A DNA stretch of 64,000 nucleotides. It comes from Octopus vulgaris (lineage: Eukaryota). This document shows, piece after piece, positions 1-14,346 of this stretch. Each line of letters begins with the position of its first letter. The stretch's first letter is position 1. The DNA is taken from contig OX597823.1 in the NCBI GenBank assembly GCA_951406725.2, positions 27,900,001-27,964,000 of the forward strand, read 5' to 3'. The notes beneath the pieces are model-generated. The model saw only the letters and a program-made list of their open reading frames with translations, ran no database searches and was not told where the DNA came from. The translations under genes were made by a program, and so were the position numbers.

Positions 1-789
1 CACATGGTTTTAAGTTCAGTTGCATTGCATGACACCTTGGGCACATGTGTTCTTCTGCTATAGCCCCAGGCCAACCAAAACCTTGTGAAAAGATTTGGTA
101 GTCAGAAACTGAATGAAGCTTATCATACATAAAGCAATCTTGTGTTCCCTTGCACGGAACACAAAATCATTTTATCCAACATGTTCTTTTCTAAAATTAT
201 GTGATTTGAGGGAGAATTGGCTGCTATTTCTATTACATTCATGTGGCGACTCCCTCATTGGCTCATTCAGCCTTTGTTGGTAATGTTGAGGGTGGAGTAG
301 TAGTGAGTATCCTGTTTTATTTTCAGACACAGTGTACCTTGGATTACATTAGCTCTTGTGATAAGAATGAATAACCCGAGTAGCTTTTAACAGGATGATA
401 GGTGCAAGGCATGTGAAGCTTGCTTTGTTATTGTGTGGTCTTGGGTTCTATCTCACTGTCTGGAACATTTGCGGATGTCTTAGTTATGTAGCTTTGAACT
501 AGCTATTGATGTGTGAGTGGTATTAATTGATGAAAACTCTGAATAATTTCTTCACATACCTGTTTGTCTATCTGTCTATCTTTCTGCCTGTTGATCTGTC
601 TATCTGACCGCTTTTCTCTGTGTGTGTGTGTGTGAGGGCATGCTCATGTGTATGTGTGTGTGTGTGAGGGTGTACTCGTGTGTGTGTGTGTGTGTGTGTG
701 CATGTGTGTTCGTGCATGTATGCATGCGAGTGCATGTGTTTGTGTGTGTGTGAATGTTTTACATTCCGCATTCTTGCATGAAAACGTTC

Positions 790-1210
790 TTTTCTTTTCT
801 ACTCTAGGCACAAACCTGAAATTTTTGGGGAGGGGGCCAGTTGATTAGATCAACTCCAGTATGCAACTGGTACTTAATTTATTGACTCCGAAAAGATGAA
901 AGGTAAAATCGACCTTGGTGGAATTTGAACTCAGAACGTAAAAACAGGTGAAATACCGCTAAGCATTTCGCCTGGCATGCTAATGATTCTGCCAGCTCTT
1001 TTCTACTCTTGGCACAAGGCATGAAATTTAGTAGGAGGGGGCCAGTCGATTAGATTGACTCCAGAAAGCAACTGATACTTAATTTATCGACTCCGAAAGG
1101 ATGAAAGGCAAAGTCGACTTCGGCAGAATTTGAACTCGGAATGTAAAGATAGTTAAACTACTGCTAAGCATTTTGCCTGGCGTGCTAACATTTCTGCCAG
1201 CTTTCTGCCT
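790..1210 (-). mobile_element. tRNA-derived SINE family A, tandem dimer
   Basis: Core gagttcaaattc..gaggtcgactttgcctttcatcctttcggggtcgataaattaagtaccag, repeated across the window; flanking direct repeat ttcttgcatgaaaa. Confidence 0.85.
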
Positions 1211-2361
1211 TCTTGCATGAAAATATTGAGCAAAAAATGATGACATTCTCTGCTAAGAAATCATCCTGTTACTCAGTACATTTGAAGATGAATTGAACAA
1301 AAATCTGTTACTTGAAAATTAGGTAAGGGTTAGCAACAGGAAGGACATCCAACTGTAAAACAGTGCCTCAATCCACATTCATCCAACCTACTCTAGCATG
1401 GAAAAATGGACATAAAATGATTCTATGAAGGAAAACCCAATTGAAAGCATTCATTTTTGACTTCTCATTTCCTTTATACCCCTATTTTCCCTGTAGCCCT
1501 TAACTTATGACCAGTTCTGATTTGGTGTCAACTGGATCAATGTCACCATTCTAGGTATGCGACCTGCAAAGGTCACGTACATTGCCCTTCAGCCAATCAA
1601 TCTCTATCCAACCTTGAAACGAAAATGAAAGAAAGAAAAACGCTTTTGTCTTCATATTGTGTGTTCTTATATTCTGTGTTTTTTTGTTGCTTTTTACTGA
1701 ATTATTTTATCTGTTTTATTTGATAAAAATAATTCTTTATTTGATAAGAGTAATTCTTTGTTCAGAAATCGTATTGTTTCATTGTTTCTCTTGCTTGAAT
1801 TTGCTTGAATCACTAAATGCAATACAAATGATAAAATTCAATTTCTATCTTATCTCTGTTGCTACTCTCAACTTGTCTCTATGATAATCTACTTAATTGG
1901 ATTGTTGTAGCTGATAGCTTTCAATATGAGATGAGTGGAAACTGGTACACGAAAGATAACTAACTACACAGATGTAAGAATTAAGCAGGGGTGGATAGAT
2001 GGTGAGTGGGGTGTACTTCTTATTCATGTGACACTTTTAGTATGTTCCTTTCCCTCAAATTTGAGGTCTTCTTGTCTTTATAAGAAATCATTATTGGATG
2101 GAATTGTTGAATATAGCATAAGACAGATTAGCTATTTCTGTGAATGGATTAATGGATTGATGAGTTGGTACGTGGATTGATGGGAAACCTGTGCAGACAA
2201 ATAAATGGATAAATGGTTGGACTCATGAATATTAAAATAATTGACCGACTGGGTGGATTGGTAGGTATATATATATGGGAGTTATATATATATGTATGTA
2301 TATATATATAAACTTACTTGGAAATGGATGCATGGCATTCAATCAAATAATAATATAAATG

Positions 2362-2392
<31 letters not shown>

Positions 2393-3480
2393 AAGACAGG
2401 TGTGTAAATAACAAACAGATTTATTAGTTTAATGCTTGGGAAGTGAGAAAGTTTTTTATGTTTTGAGCCTATGCTCTTCAACAGAAAGGAACACAGAAAT
2501 AAACAGTGAAAAAATTAAAAAGATGGTTCAGTGGCTAGCAATCAATCATGCCAAATGCCGGAGAGATGTAGTCAGACAGGAGAGCTAGGAAGAAGGGGAG
2601 ATGATAAAGGAGTGGTGATCCCAAAATGAAGGTGCGCATGCGTGTGTATGTGAGAGCATGCATGTGCATGTGGATAGGGGCTGGTGACCTTGACGTGCGT
2701 GTGCATGTGTTAGTGTGTGGATGATGGTGTGGCTACTGGGAAGTGGTCAGTGCTTGTGTGTGCAGGGTGGTGTGATGTGGTATGCATATATGGGTACAGG
2801 CCATCACTGTCAGTAAACATGAAATGCAAAAACAAATATGCAAACAATGAGAGAAACAAATGGAAAGCAGGACAAGTAACATAAAGAACGACCCTTCATT
2901 AGTTGTTGGCTGTCTATCTACTTCTCATTTTGAGCATTGAACGACAATATAAGTCTTCGAAGATAGTTGCTCCCATAAGTACCAAAATAAAATTTGGGAT
3001 TTATGGAGGGTCAAAGTTGGGAACAAAAACAGGACAGTGGAGATATACGAGGAAACTGAACAAAAACAAACATAGAGGGTTGTTAGACCAGAACGAGGGT
3101 AAAATAGCGAACATTGGAGAAATATTTTCTTTGACAAGAGAAAAGATAGAAGAGAGAGACAGGATACGTCCAGTCTTTAGGACAGCCCTGAAAGAAAAGA
3201 TGATCATGTGGTGCATATATATTATTTATATTGTTATGTATATATATATATATATGTATGTATATATTCAATTTTTTGGGATTAATCGTTATGCGGGTAT
3301 TTTATTTCAGATAGTACAAAAATAACCTAATGAGTATATCTTACAGTAAACTCATGATATCAGTTTGCACATCATAAAATAATACTTAAAGGACATAACC
3401 AAAATTTCCAGTTGGGTATATGATGTACTTCATTAATTATATCATACTTTAGTTAATACTTATATTTATTAAATATGAAG

Positions 3481-3614
3481 GAACTACTCGTGTTTCAGTA
3501 TTGAAAGATTACAATATATATACATATAAACAACTGTGTGCCCATATATATGCATATATAAATACATTTACGCAATCGTCAGATTTACAATTATTCCAAC
3601 ACATCTTCAGGTTC
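3481..3614 (-). ncRNA. Type I hammerhead ribozyme motif with long stem II insert
   Basis: Minus strand: gaac CTGAAGA t gtgttggaa...tttcaatac t GAAA cacga GTA gttc. Confidence 0.65.
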
Positions 3615-4370
3615 TATTTCAAAATATTATATATCTAATTTTACATCCCTTTAAAAATAAGCAAAAAATTGAATATTGACCTTTATCAGATACTTTGTAT
3701 ATTTATAGATATATATATATAAATATACGATAAATAAGACCCCAAAATACAATATGTAGATGCATATAACGCTGTAGGGTTACACCTGATTGATTTGGAA
3801 ATTTGTTTTCCCAAATTATTTATATGTATGTATATATAAATATATGTGTGTTTTGTGTTTGTGTGTGTGTATATATATATATATGTGTGTGTGTGTGTAT
3901 ATATATATGTGTGTGTCTATATATATGTGTGTGTGTGTGTGTGTATATATATATGTGTGTGTGTGTGTGTATATGTGTGTGTGTATATATATATGTGTGT
4001 GTGTACGTATACACACACACATGTATGCAAATGTGGTTTGCTTTTGGTGATTTACCATTGAAAGGAAGAGAATTTCTTCTAAATTAAACCAAGTTAAGCT
4101 GAAGAATTTTTAAATTTTAAGTTTTCATTTTTACCTTTTTTTTCTCTTACATAAAATAAAACAAATTTCTTAAAAACTTTTAATCACTGGTAGTCATGTG
4201 TAGTACTATTTCATCCTCTTCTGGAATCATTGGCATATATTAAACTTAAGAGACAAACTATTTAAGCTCAATTTAACATTTTATGAAGTTTCTTAAAAAT
4301 AGAGAGAATAGTTCATAATTTGAAAACCATATTTCATTTTTGTTTTTCTTTTCATCCTAAACCTGTTTAG

Positions 4371-4410
4371 TAGTAGAGAAAAGAGAATGAGAGGAACCTC
4401 TTACATGCAG
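4371..4410 (+). CDS. Candidate 40-nt upstream exon of the calexcitin-like gene
   Basis: Long pyrimidine tract ending cctgtttag, donor CAG|gtaaaa. Reads (x)SREKRMRGTSYMQ and ends in phase 0, in frame with VSVPMW. No homology support for the peptide itself. Confidence 0.5.
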
Positions 4411-4773
4411 GTAAAATACTTTCAGGGCAATTCTGCAATCCTTTTATAATATATTCGTCTTGAGTGTAAATAGAAATTTCTTGTAGCTGTTTCATATTGT
4501 GCTATCTGTCAGGATGAGTTAGAACAGACATTCTTTAGGTTCCTATTTAAATTGATTTACTGGTGTGACTTGAAGTAGAAAAAGCCATAAATGATAGCAT
4601 GTAGAATAATGTGTTAAGAAATCCCTTGGATAAAAAAAAAAAAAAAAATTGAAGGCTGCCTTTTGCTGAACTGATGTCAGCATAGAAAACAAACATTAAA
4701 CGCCACTGCTGCTGATTGTGTGTGTGTGTGTGTGTAATGTACTAAGTTCTATTTCTTCTACCAAATATATATA

Positions 4774-4817
<44 letters not shown>

Positions 4818-4824
<7 letters not shown>

Positions 4825-5603
4825 GTCCGGAAAGTTTGTGCTGATTTTTAAAGGAAAGAAAAAGGTCAATAAATACTTGCCATTACATTTTTAATCAACC
4901 AAATGTGAAATATTTTGTTGCAATGTATCACCAACTTCCCTTTAACTTGAAAATACCCTCTTCCCAGAATTGAGGTAGTTTCATGGCAAAGAATTCATCA
5001 AGGTATCTTTTTACGTCATCCAAGGAATTGCAATTTTTACCATTAAGACTATTCTGCAGAGACCTGAATAAGTGGAAATCTGAAGGAGCAATATCTGGTG
5101 AATATGGAGGGTGGGGTAACACATCCCAACCGAGCTGCAGCAATTTTTGTCTGGTTCCCAAAGCATCAAGTGCTGAAAAAGAACTTTCTTATCTTCCATT
5201 TTAAAGGGTTACTGAATTAACACAGTTTATAGGAACATAAATCTTCTTCCACAAAAAGATAGCTTAACCTTTTAGTGTTCACATTAATCTGCCAAAATTA
5301 ATCCTTTTTCATCCACATTGTTTTGAACTAATCAGGCATTATCTTGTAGCTATGAGATTTTAATGAGGTAGCTGTTTATTTTTAAAACGATATTGTAGGG
5401 TTGGTGTGAGAGACCAGATCTGGCCTGTTTGAACATAAAACAGGCAGAATACTTTTGGCTGGATATGGCCGGTTTAAATGCTAAAGGGTTAAACTGCTCT
5501 AAATGGAGGTGTAGTCAAATCCTATTTTCTGGACTCAACCACGTTCTAAAATAAGTCGAAAGGTAAGCTACTATAAATCGGCATGAACTTTCCGGACAAC
5601 CCA

Positions 5604-5604
<1 letters not shown>
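4818..5604 (-). mobile_element. Internally deleted mariner element
   Basis: TIRs ttggattgtccggaaagtttgtgctgattt / aaatcggcatgaactttccggacaacccag inside TA runs. Transposase C-terminus LPHPPYSPDIAPSDFHLFRSLQNSL (4928-5161). Confidence 0.92.
5268..5488. mobile_element. piggyBac-type MITE nested in the mariner
   Basis: TTAA on both sides (5264-5267, 5489-5492); termini ccttttag...ctaaaggg. Confidence 0.8.
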
Positions 5605-5663
<59 letters not shown>

Positions 5664-7259
5664 GTTTGCATACGTACACATGTGTATGTGCACATATGTG
5701 TGTGTATGTGTGTGTGTGTGTGCACAAATGCATGTGAATGCTGACATTGTATATGCTTGTTACTGTTTTGAGTGAAATGGTGATGTTATTTAAATTCTTT
5801 CTTTAATATTGCAACCAGTTACTCTGCAGTTTTGAAGTCTGATGCTATAAAAAAAATTCTTTCCTCGGAAAACAAGTAAAGATTAGCAACAAGGAGAGCA
5901 CCTGGCCTTGAAATCCTGCATTGAAATAACTCACCTGTCCAAATCCATGCTAGTATGGAAAAATGGAAGATTAATGAATGAACGATGTCTGGTTGCCGGA
6001 ATCGATGGAAGGAAGAAAGGTTGGGTGGATGAATTGAAGAGGAGAGACTGGCTGAGTGTATTTTGTATTTTTATTGTAACTACCAATAAATACCATTCTG
6101 ACCAATAACTAACTATCAGCGCCACTGATATCTACTACAGCAGATTTATACATACTATATAACATCAACTATGGGTGCGAACTGGTACAATCATTACACT
6201 ATCAGACACTGCTTAGCAGTATTTCTTATAATTTGTTCTGAGTTCAAATGCCAATACAGTCAACTTTGCTTCTTATTCTTTCTGGGCCGAGAAAATAAAC
6301 CAGTTGAGCACTGGGGTCGATGTAATTGATTTCCCTACCCGCTCAAATTTGCTAGCCCAGTCTCAAAATAAGAGAGGTTTATAACACCAACCAACTACTT
6401 TCGCTACAAATACTAACTGTTATAGCTACCAGGTATTGTAACTCTCAATAATTAACTATTGCAGTCCTCAAAAACCAGTGAAGCAGTCTTTATGCAGTCA
6501 CTTGATTTGCTAAAAATAGCAGCCAAATCTCTTTCAAATTATATCTGTCTTAAAACATAAACACATTAAATAATGTGATAGTATGTTGTCAACTTAATGT
6601 GTCAGTTCCATGAAAGGGAAGAATGCTACTGCTATTTAGCCCTAGGAAACACCATTCCCTGTTGGCCTTGACACATTTCCTGTGTCCTTATGTTTTCAAA
6701 GGGGGGAAAATACGCACCTCCACCCAGCAAAGCCAGCAACCAGAGACTAGTTTTAGAGTGATTGCTCAGCATCAGTCTGGAGTAGCATGGGTTACATGTT
6801 ATGAGTAGCGCACAAGAGCAACCTGACATGAAATAAGTACCAGTTAAGCACTAGGCTCAATGAAATTGACTTATCCCTCCTTCGAGCTTACTGGTCTTGT
6901 GTTAAAATTTGAAATCACTAAACTGTAAAAACTTATCTGACCACGGGGAAATATTACCTTGCTTGGAAATAGGTGAGACTTAACAACAAGAACAGTGTCT
7001 GATAAGAGAAAATCTGCCATGGTAAATTCTGTCCAGCTCATGTGAACATTGAAAAGTGGACATTGAAATAATGATGATGGTTATGATGATGAGAAGTGAA
7101 TTAGTATGTAAATGAATGTCGGGTTTGTCCATGTCGACTGGACAACTGGTTGTTGAGGAAAAGAAGACATCTCCAAGTTGAATATTCAATGAAGCCATTG
7201 AACTGTGAACTTAATTTATTGACTTTCTCTAGTGGTCGTATGATAAAGAATGGTGTGAG

Positions 7260-7300
<41 letters not shown>

Positions 7301-7502
7301 AAATATATATATAGAGAGAGAGAGTGAGAGAGAGAGATAGGTAATGATACAAAAGTGGCATAACAATGCATATATAATCAGACATATGCATATACACTTA
7401 CACATGCATACATATACATGCACGGAACACACACACACAAATGCTCTTTATAATATAGAATCAATGTGGACTATACTCTTTTTCCCTATATACACACACA
7501 TG

Positions 7503-7542
<40 letters not shown>

Positions 7543-7849
7543 TACAGAAACATATTTGCTAAAGCTTACCCAGTATTTGGTTGGCATTTTGGCTGTGTGG
7601 TCACTCAAATTGCTAGAAATAGCAACCAAATCTCCACCAGATCACAGGCTACTGTCTTCAGAAAAACGGAAAACACATATTCAGCAGTCTTAGGTGTATC
7701 GAAAACCGAAATGTGCAAAAGCTGCTACAACTTTGATAAGGGGTCTGCTAGGTTTGGGTTAACTTAAGGCTCAAAAAACAAACCTATAATAAGTACTGTA
7801 AATAAATACAATCTATATTTATTGTCTGTCTGTTTGTCTTTTCTACCAG

Positions 7850-8003
7850 GTGAGTGTGCCAATGTGGATAGATTATTGGGCTGATTTTTATGAAGCTGCA
7901 AAAGCAAAAGGTGACTGGCCATCCTCATCTTTGTCTGGTAATGTCGATTATCAGTGGCACTCTGAGTTTGTCAGCTTAATATTCGATGCCATGGATCTTA
8001 ATG
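7850..8003 (+). CDS. Calexcitin/SCP-like EF-hand protein, internal coding exon
   Basis: Acceptor tgtcttttctaccag, donor G|gtaagt, 154 nt. Translates VSVPMWIDYWADFYEAAKAKGDWPSSSLSGNVDYQWHSEFVSLIFDAMDLN(G), resembling the calexcitin segment VTxEEWxxMW...W...FMFDxxDxSG. Phase 1 matches the next exon. Confidence 0.9.
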
Positions 8004-8079
8004 GTAAGTGACTAAAGATGATCTTTTCATTGCATTATATTCCATATGCACTCACATAAATTATGCACATACCCATGCA

Positions 8080-8113
<34 letters not shown>

Positions 8114-8412
8114 GACACACTTAGACACATGCAGACACACACACACAAACTCATATACAGGTGTTTACATATGCAAAAGTTACTGAGAACAATATATTGG
8201 CCAAACTAGCCTGATACTCTGTTAAAGGGTAACTTTTGCACCATCAACAAATTAGTCAGTCATACACTTGAAAAATTCCCCTGAGTAAACATGTAGATAA
8301 TTGTTGGAATCGAACCATATCAAATTTTACAATTTTCCCTCATTAACCAAACAACAAACAAATCATGAAATGATGAAGTGGTGAAGCACGACCTTCGAAC
8401 AGTAGGCCTCAC

Positions 8413-8748
8413 TTAACTTGAAAATACCCTCTTTCCAGAATTGAGGTGGTTTCATAGCAAAGAATTCATCAAGGTATCTTTTTACTTCATCCAAGGAATT
8501 GAAATTTTTACTATTAACCCTAACCCTAAGACTATTCTGCAGAGACCTGAATAAGTGGAAATCTGAAGGAGCAATATCTGGTGAATATGGAGGGTAGGGT
8601 AACATATCCCAGCTGAGCTGCAGCAATTTTTGTCTGGTTCCCAAAGCATCAAGTGCTGAAAATGAACTTTCTGATCTTCCATTTTAAAGGGTTACAGAAT
8701 TGAAACAGGTTATAGGAACATAAACCTTCTTCCACGAAAAGATAGCTT
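8413..8748 (-). mobile_element. Second fragment of the same mariner family
   Basis: Near-identical to 4942-5265; encodes PYSPDIAPSDFHLF; carries a 12-bp telomeric insert. Confidence 0.9.
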
Positions 8749-9820
8749 GTATATGTATGTATAAATATATTTATATATATATGCATATATATATATATAT
8801 ATACAAATATAGTTATATATAAATATAAATATTTGTTATATATAAATATATATTTATATATATACAAATATGAATATTTGTATATATTTAAACGTCTGAC
8901 ATGAGTCATGTGACATGAGTTGAATGTTTGCTCTGAAACTGTCAGTGTTTTAATTATCGTTCTTCTAATGAAAGAAAGTTTTAATTGTTGGTTGTGGCTG
9001 TTTTATTTCTGTGATATTTTCTACTGAATTTGCTTTGTAAACACTTGGTCTTGAGTTCCGTTCCATTGTTTGGCACTTTGGGAAAATGTCTTTCATTGTA
9101 GCTTCAGGTTTGTAAATGCTTTGTAAGTAGAATTGGTCAATGGAAACTATATGGAAACCTGTTTTACACACACACATGCATGCGCATGCGAACACACACA
9201 CACATTCACACACTGATATATATGTATATGTATGTGAGTATATGTACCTGTGTGAATGTTTACATTTTGTGTCCTTGTGTGAGAAAGAATACATTGAGCA
9301 AAATTCAAAGGAAAAGAGGATATCTATGGACAACTGCTTCAAAACCTCTAGCTTCTATATCCGTACTATGAATTAGTATTCATACCAATGATAATTGGAG
9401 TACTAGGTTTTGTTAGTAAGTGCTTAAAATAGAATCTGGGTAAACTGGGATTTTCAGAAAGAGAAATTGACTGACTAATTTGTACATTACAAGTGTAATC
9501 TGTGAGCAGAACAGTAAAAATGTGCAAGACTTTCCCAAGTTCTAAATGTGAATTTGTCTGTGTTAATTACATCCCAAAAATGGGGCCTTTATCTTTGTTG
9601 GAAACTGGCTCCCTCCTCAGTGGAAGATTTATAATAATTAAAAAAGACATACATAAAAACAAAAATACTCTTGTTGATGTTGAAATTCCAATGAAGGAGC
9701 CATGGATTTAGATTAGAAACTGGTTCTGTCTCTATTGGCAAGAAATCTTGAAATAAAACTGAATAATGACATACATAAACACCTCCCTCCCTCCCTCCAT
9801 CCATCCATCCATCCATCCAT

Positions 9821-9856
<36 letters not shown>

Positions 9857-10259
9857 TATTCAAGCCAAGTAGGAGGGTCTCTATGCAGTTGCTTGATGTG
9901 CTTGAAATAACAGCTAAATCTCTGACAACACCCTGCATCTAGAAAAAAAGAAGAGGCACACTCTAGATATTATAATCCTAGGTATTCAGTACCTGAGAGA
10001 AAGCTGGGATGGTCATAACTGGAATACTATCAATCATAGGTTTACCCATTCAAAGCAGACCTGGGGCTAAACAACAACAAGACCCCACATTTCTCTAATT
10101 ATCACTGATATTTATATATTCATCACATTAAATATTGAAACATTGTGACCTTACATGACCTGGTGTGACCTTACATGATCTTTGAAAATAACATGCTGTA
10201 AATTTCCAGTTGAGTTAAGGAGATGGTTAATGATATCAGCTTGAGGAGATGAAGGGAAG

Positions 10260-10845
10260 ATGGTGGTGGTGTTGGTAGTTTTGATGATGATAATGATAGT
10301 GGTGGTGGTGGATGTGATGGGGATGGTGATGGTGGATGTGATGGGGATGGTGATGGTGGATGTGATGGGGAGGGATGGTGGTGGTGGATGTGATGAGATG
10401 ATGGCAGTGTTGGTGGTGGTGATGGTGGTGATGGTAGATGTAATGAGGATGGTGGAGGTAATGGTGGTGATGGTGGATGTGATGGAGATGGTGGTGATGG
10501 TGGATGTGATGGGATGGTGGTGGTGATGGTGGATGTTATGGGGATGGTGGTGATGATTATGATGTTGTTGCCACTGGTGATAGCAATGGTGGTGATGATG
10601 GCAGTGATGATAGTGATGGTGGTGAGGGATGCTGGTGATAACTATGTCGATGATGATCGTGATGATATGGACGGTGGTTATGTCAATGATGGTGGCGATG
10701 ATAATACTGTGATATGATGATGGTGTTGGGGATAGTGATTGTGTTAATGATGATGATCATAACATTAGTGGTGATGATGACTCTTAATAGTGGTGATGGT
10801 GATGCTGGTAGTCATGGTAATAATAACGATGATGATGATGATGTT
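10260..10845. repeat. (GAT/GGT)n low-complexity tract
   Basis: Direct reading. Confidence 0.9.
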
Positions 10846-11760
10846 AATTATTAATACTATGGTTAACATTTCTGTTATAATTATTGAAAATTACATTCAT
10901 ATGTTAAAAAAAATGATGAAAATAACAAGCGAAAAACAGGATAAAAATAAGTAAAAGTATAAAAAAAATTAACGAGTGTTTTTTTTTTAAACTTTTCATT
11001 CCACTGTAAATAACAGAATTAATGAACCAGGTAACTAATTAAGTTATTAACAAACCAATTAAAATCTAGTTCATGCATTTGAAACTAAAAGGCCAAAATT
11101 TCGAGAAGTTAATGAAGGAAATTTATTTAGAAATACAAAAAAAAAAAAGAGAGAAAGAAAAATTTTCTTCTCTCTGCTTCTCCTGCTACCAAAGAACTAT
11201 GAGACAATGAAAGTAGTCTATATATGGTCACATGACATGCTAAAAATAGAAACTGTATCACATTCAGATCATGTATTATCATTTTGATACAATCGGCACC
11301 CATGTGATCATTGCCAGTGCCGCCTGACAGGCTCCCATGTTGGTGGCACGTAAAGAACACCACTCAAGATACCAGTACCACCTGACCGGCTCACATGCCG
11401 GTGGTACATATGAAGCACCATTCAAGCATGGCTATTGCTAGTACTGCCTGACTGGCCCTCATACCAGCGGCATGTAAAAAGCACCCACTAATTCTTGGAT
11501 TGGTTGGTGTTAGGAAGGGCATCCCACTGTAGAAACATTCCCAGATTGAACTGGAGCTCAGTGCAGGCTTCTAACTTGGATGGTTCGATTGCTCGGAAGT
11601 GCACTATTAGTGTAGTGAATGGGGAAAGCTTGGTTTGCAATGTTTGCAGTCATGTATGCTTGTCAAGATCAGGGCTCATTAGCCACCAGTGGAGCTGCAA
11701 ATGCAAAATATATAAGTTAGTCCAAGAGCGTACCATGTTCCTGAAGGTCAGCAATGGTCT

Positions 11761-11885
11761 TATATATATATATATATATATGTATGTGTATGTATGTATA
11801 TGTATGTATGTATGTGTATGTATGTATATGTATGTATGTACGCATGTATGTAATTTATGTAAGTATGTATGTATATATGTATAGA

Positions 11886-11928
<43 letters not shown>

Positions 11929-12341
11929 ATGTATGTATGTTTATGTATGTATATGTATGTATGTTTATGTATGTATGTATATGTATGTATGTATATGTAT
12001 GTATATGTATGTATGTATATGTATGTATGTATGTATGTATGTATATGTATGTATGTATATATCCATATGTATATTTGTATATATGTGTATATATATATCC
12101 ATATATATATGTATATATATATATCTTTATGTATATATATATATGTGTATATATATGTATATATATATATGTGTATATATATGTATATATATAAGTGTAT
12201 GTATGTGTATGTATATGTATGTATATATATATGTGTATGTATATGTATGTATATATATACATGTATATATGTGTATGTATATGTATGTATATATATACAT
12301 GTATATATGTGTATGTATATGTATGTATATATATACATGTA

Positions 12342-12373
<32 letters not shown>

Positions 12374-12377
12374 AGAT

Positions 12378-12426
<49 letters not shown>

Positions 12427-12445
12427 ATATATATTTATATGTATA

Positions 12446-12484
<39 letters not shown>

Positions 12485-12531
12485 TATTTATATGTATATA
12501 TATATATACACATATATATATATATATGCAT

Positions 12532-12566
<35 letters not shown>

Positions 12567-12590
12567 CATACATATGTGTGTGTTTGTAAA
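11761..12590. repeat. Compound (TA)/(TATG) microsatellite; similar blocks at 3820-4025, 15385-15875, 18621-19860, 23070-23387, 42915-44155, 54520-55340, 56170-56790
   Basis: Direct reading; these blocks generate most of the Y/I/C/V/H/T ORFs in the track. Confidence 0.95.
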
Positions 12591-13539
12591 TAAATTAGCA
12601 TATACGTAACTCCCTTTAGCACTGTCACTCTTCCATCACTCACTCCTTTTCCACCCTCTCACCTTAATCACCATGTTTTTTCCCTATTGCTTTTTTCGTC
12701 CATTCACTCAATCACTCCAGTCTGTTCATCATCAATCACTCTTTCATTGATCCCTTCTTGATCAAATTGTTTTGATTGATTGCAGACACTGTACACTATG
12801 TGGTTATTGTAAACAGCCAGGACTCATTTCCTAATATTTAGAACTTCTCAGTTCAGAAGCAGTGGGTGTGTTTGGGGCTGGGGTCATTTGTGCTGTAAGG
12901 GATTATGTAAGAAGCTCAGTTATTGCTCTAAACAGCCTATTGCAAGAAACTCATTGGATTGTAGGTGCTGGTTGGGGTTGGGTTGTTCTGTTTTTCCTCT
13001 GTTTTTGTTTCATTCTAATATCTGTTCTCCCCTTCCTTCAGAATGGTATATTCCTATGTGGTAGTGAGGACTCATTAGTATCAAACTTACTAGTGTTGGT
13101 ATGGTGATGAACTGCACCCAGTACACTGTATAAAGTGGTTGGTGAGTGAGTGGAGACAATGCAGTGCCAAGAAGACTCTTCAGTCTGGTTAAGGACTTGG
13201 AAACCTCTCTAGTGTTGGTGCAATGATGAACTGTGCCCAGTAAATCTGAGTTAAGGGATTGGTGTTAGAGGAGACATTCAGCTCTGAAAACTGTACCAAA
13301 ATTAAATGTATTAATGAGACATGGCCCTCTGACCTGTCTAGGAGGGCCTCAACTTCAGATAAAGAACTAATTCATTTTGTAAGGACCTATTCAATCTTTG
13401 CTAATAGGGAGAAAGGACATTTAATGATTTCACACACATGTACATATGCACAAATGTGTTTGTATGTATATATATATACACACATACATTGTGTGTATGT
13501 TTATACATACACATACATTGTGTGTGTATATAAATTGTA

Positions 13540-13576
<37 letters not shown>

Positions 13577-13851
13577 GCATTTACTTTGTATTGTTCTGGC
13601 CTTTCCCACAATCCTTTATACAATATATTCTACACATTGCTTCATAGTAATTATTCCATCAGTATGTAGATAGGGTTATAATCCAAGCTGGGTCCTCATT
13701 AAGTACATCTGAATATTCCAGCTCTCCAAAATAATATTTGTAGATGCTATAACTGTGTGAGGCATGCATAAGAGTTAAGAAAAACTGGAAAATAGTATTG
13801 AAAGAGTAATTACATACATATCAAACCAGGATATTGGAAAGAAAATTCTTA

Positions 13852-14244
13852 GGCGTAGGAGTGGCTGTGCAGTAAGTAGCCTGCTTATGAACCACATGGT
13901 TCTGGGTTCAGTCCCACTGCATGGCACATTGAGCAAGTATCCTCTACTATAGCCTCGGGCCAACCAAAGCCTTGTGAGTGGATTTGGTAAACTGAAAGAA
14001 GCACATTGTGTATATATTTATATATGTATGTGTTTGTGTGTCTGTGTTTGTCCCCCCAACATCGCTTGACAACCAATGCTGGTGTGTTTATGTCCCCGTA
14101 ACTTAGTGGTTCGGCAAAAGTGAACGATAGAATAAGTACTAGGCTTACAAAGAATAAGTCCTGGGATCGATTTGCTTGGCTAAAGGTGGTGCTCCAGCAT
14201 GGCCAATGACTGAAATGACTGAAACAAGTAAAAGAGTAAAAGAG
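13852..14244 (+). mobile_element. tRNA-derived SINE family B with internal microsatellite (other + copies: 1-125, 43580-43755, 44679-45100, 62375-62845)
   Basis: A-box tggctgtg.ggt, B-box ggttcagtcc, CORE-like ttgggcaagtg, (TA/TG)n middle, (aaagagt)n tail. Confidence 0.88.
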
Positions 14245-14346
14245 CTATTATTAGGAATTACAAAGATTTACATGTTAGATAGACATGTAAGATACATTCT
14301 AGTAGAAATTCTTCATAAAGATTATCAGATAATATTATCTGATTCT

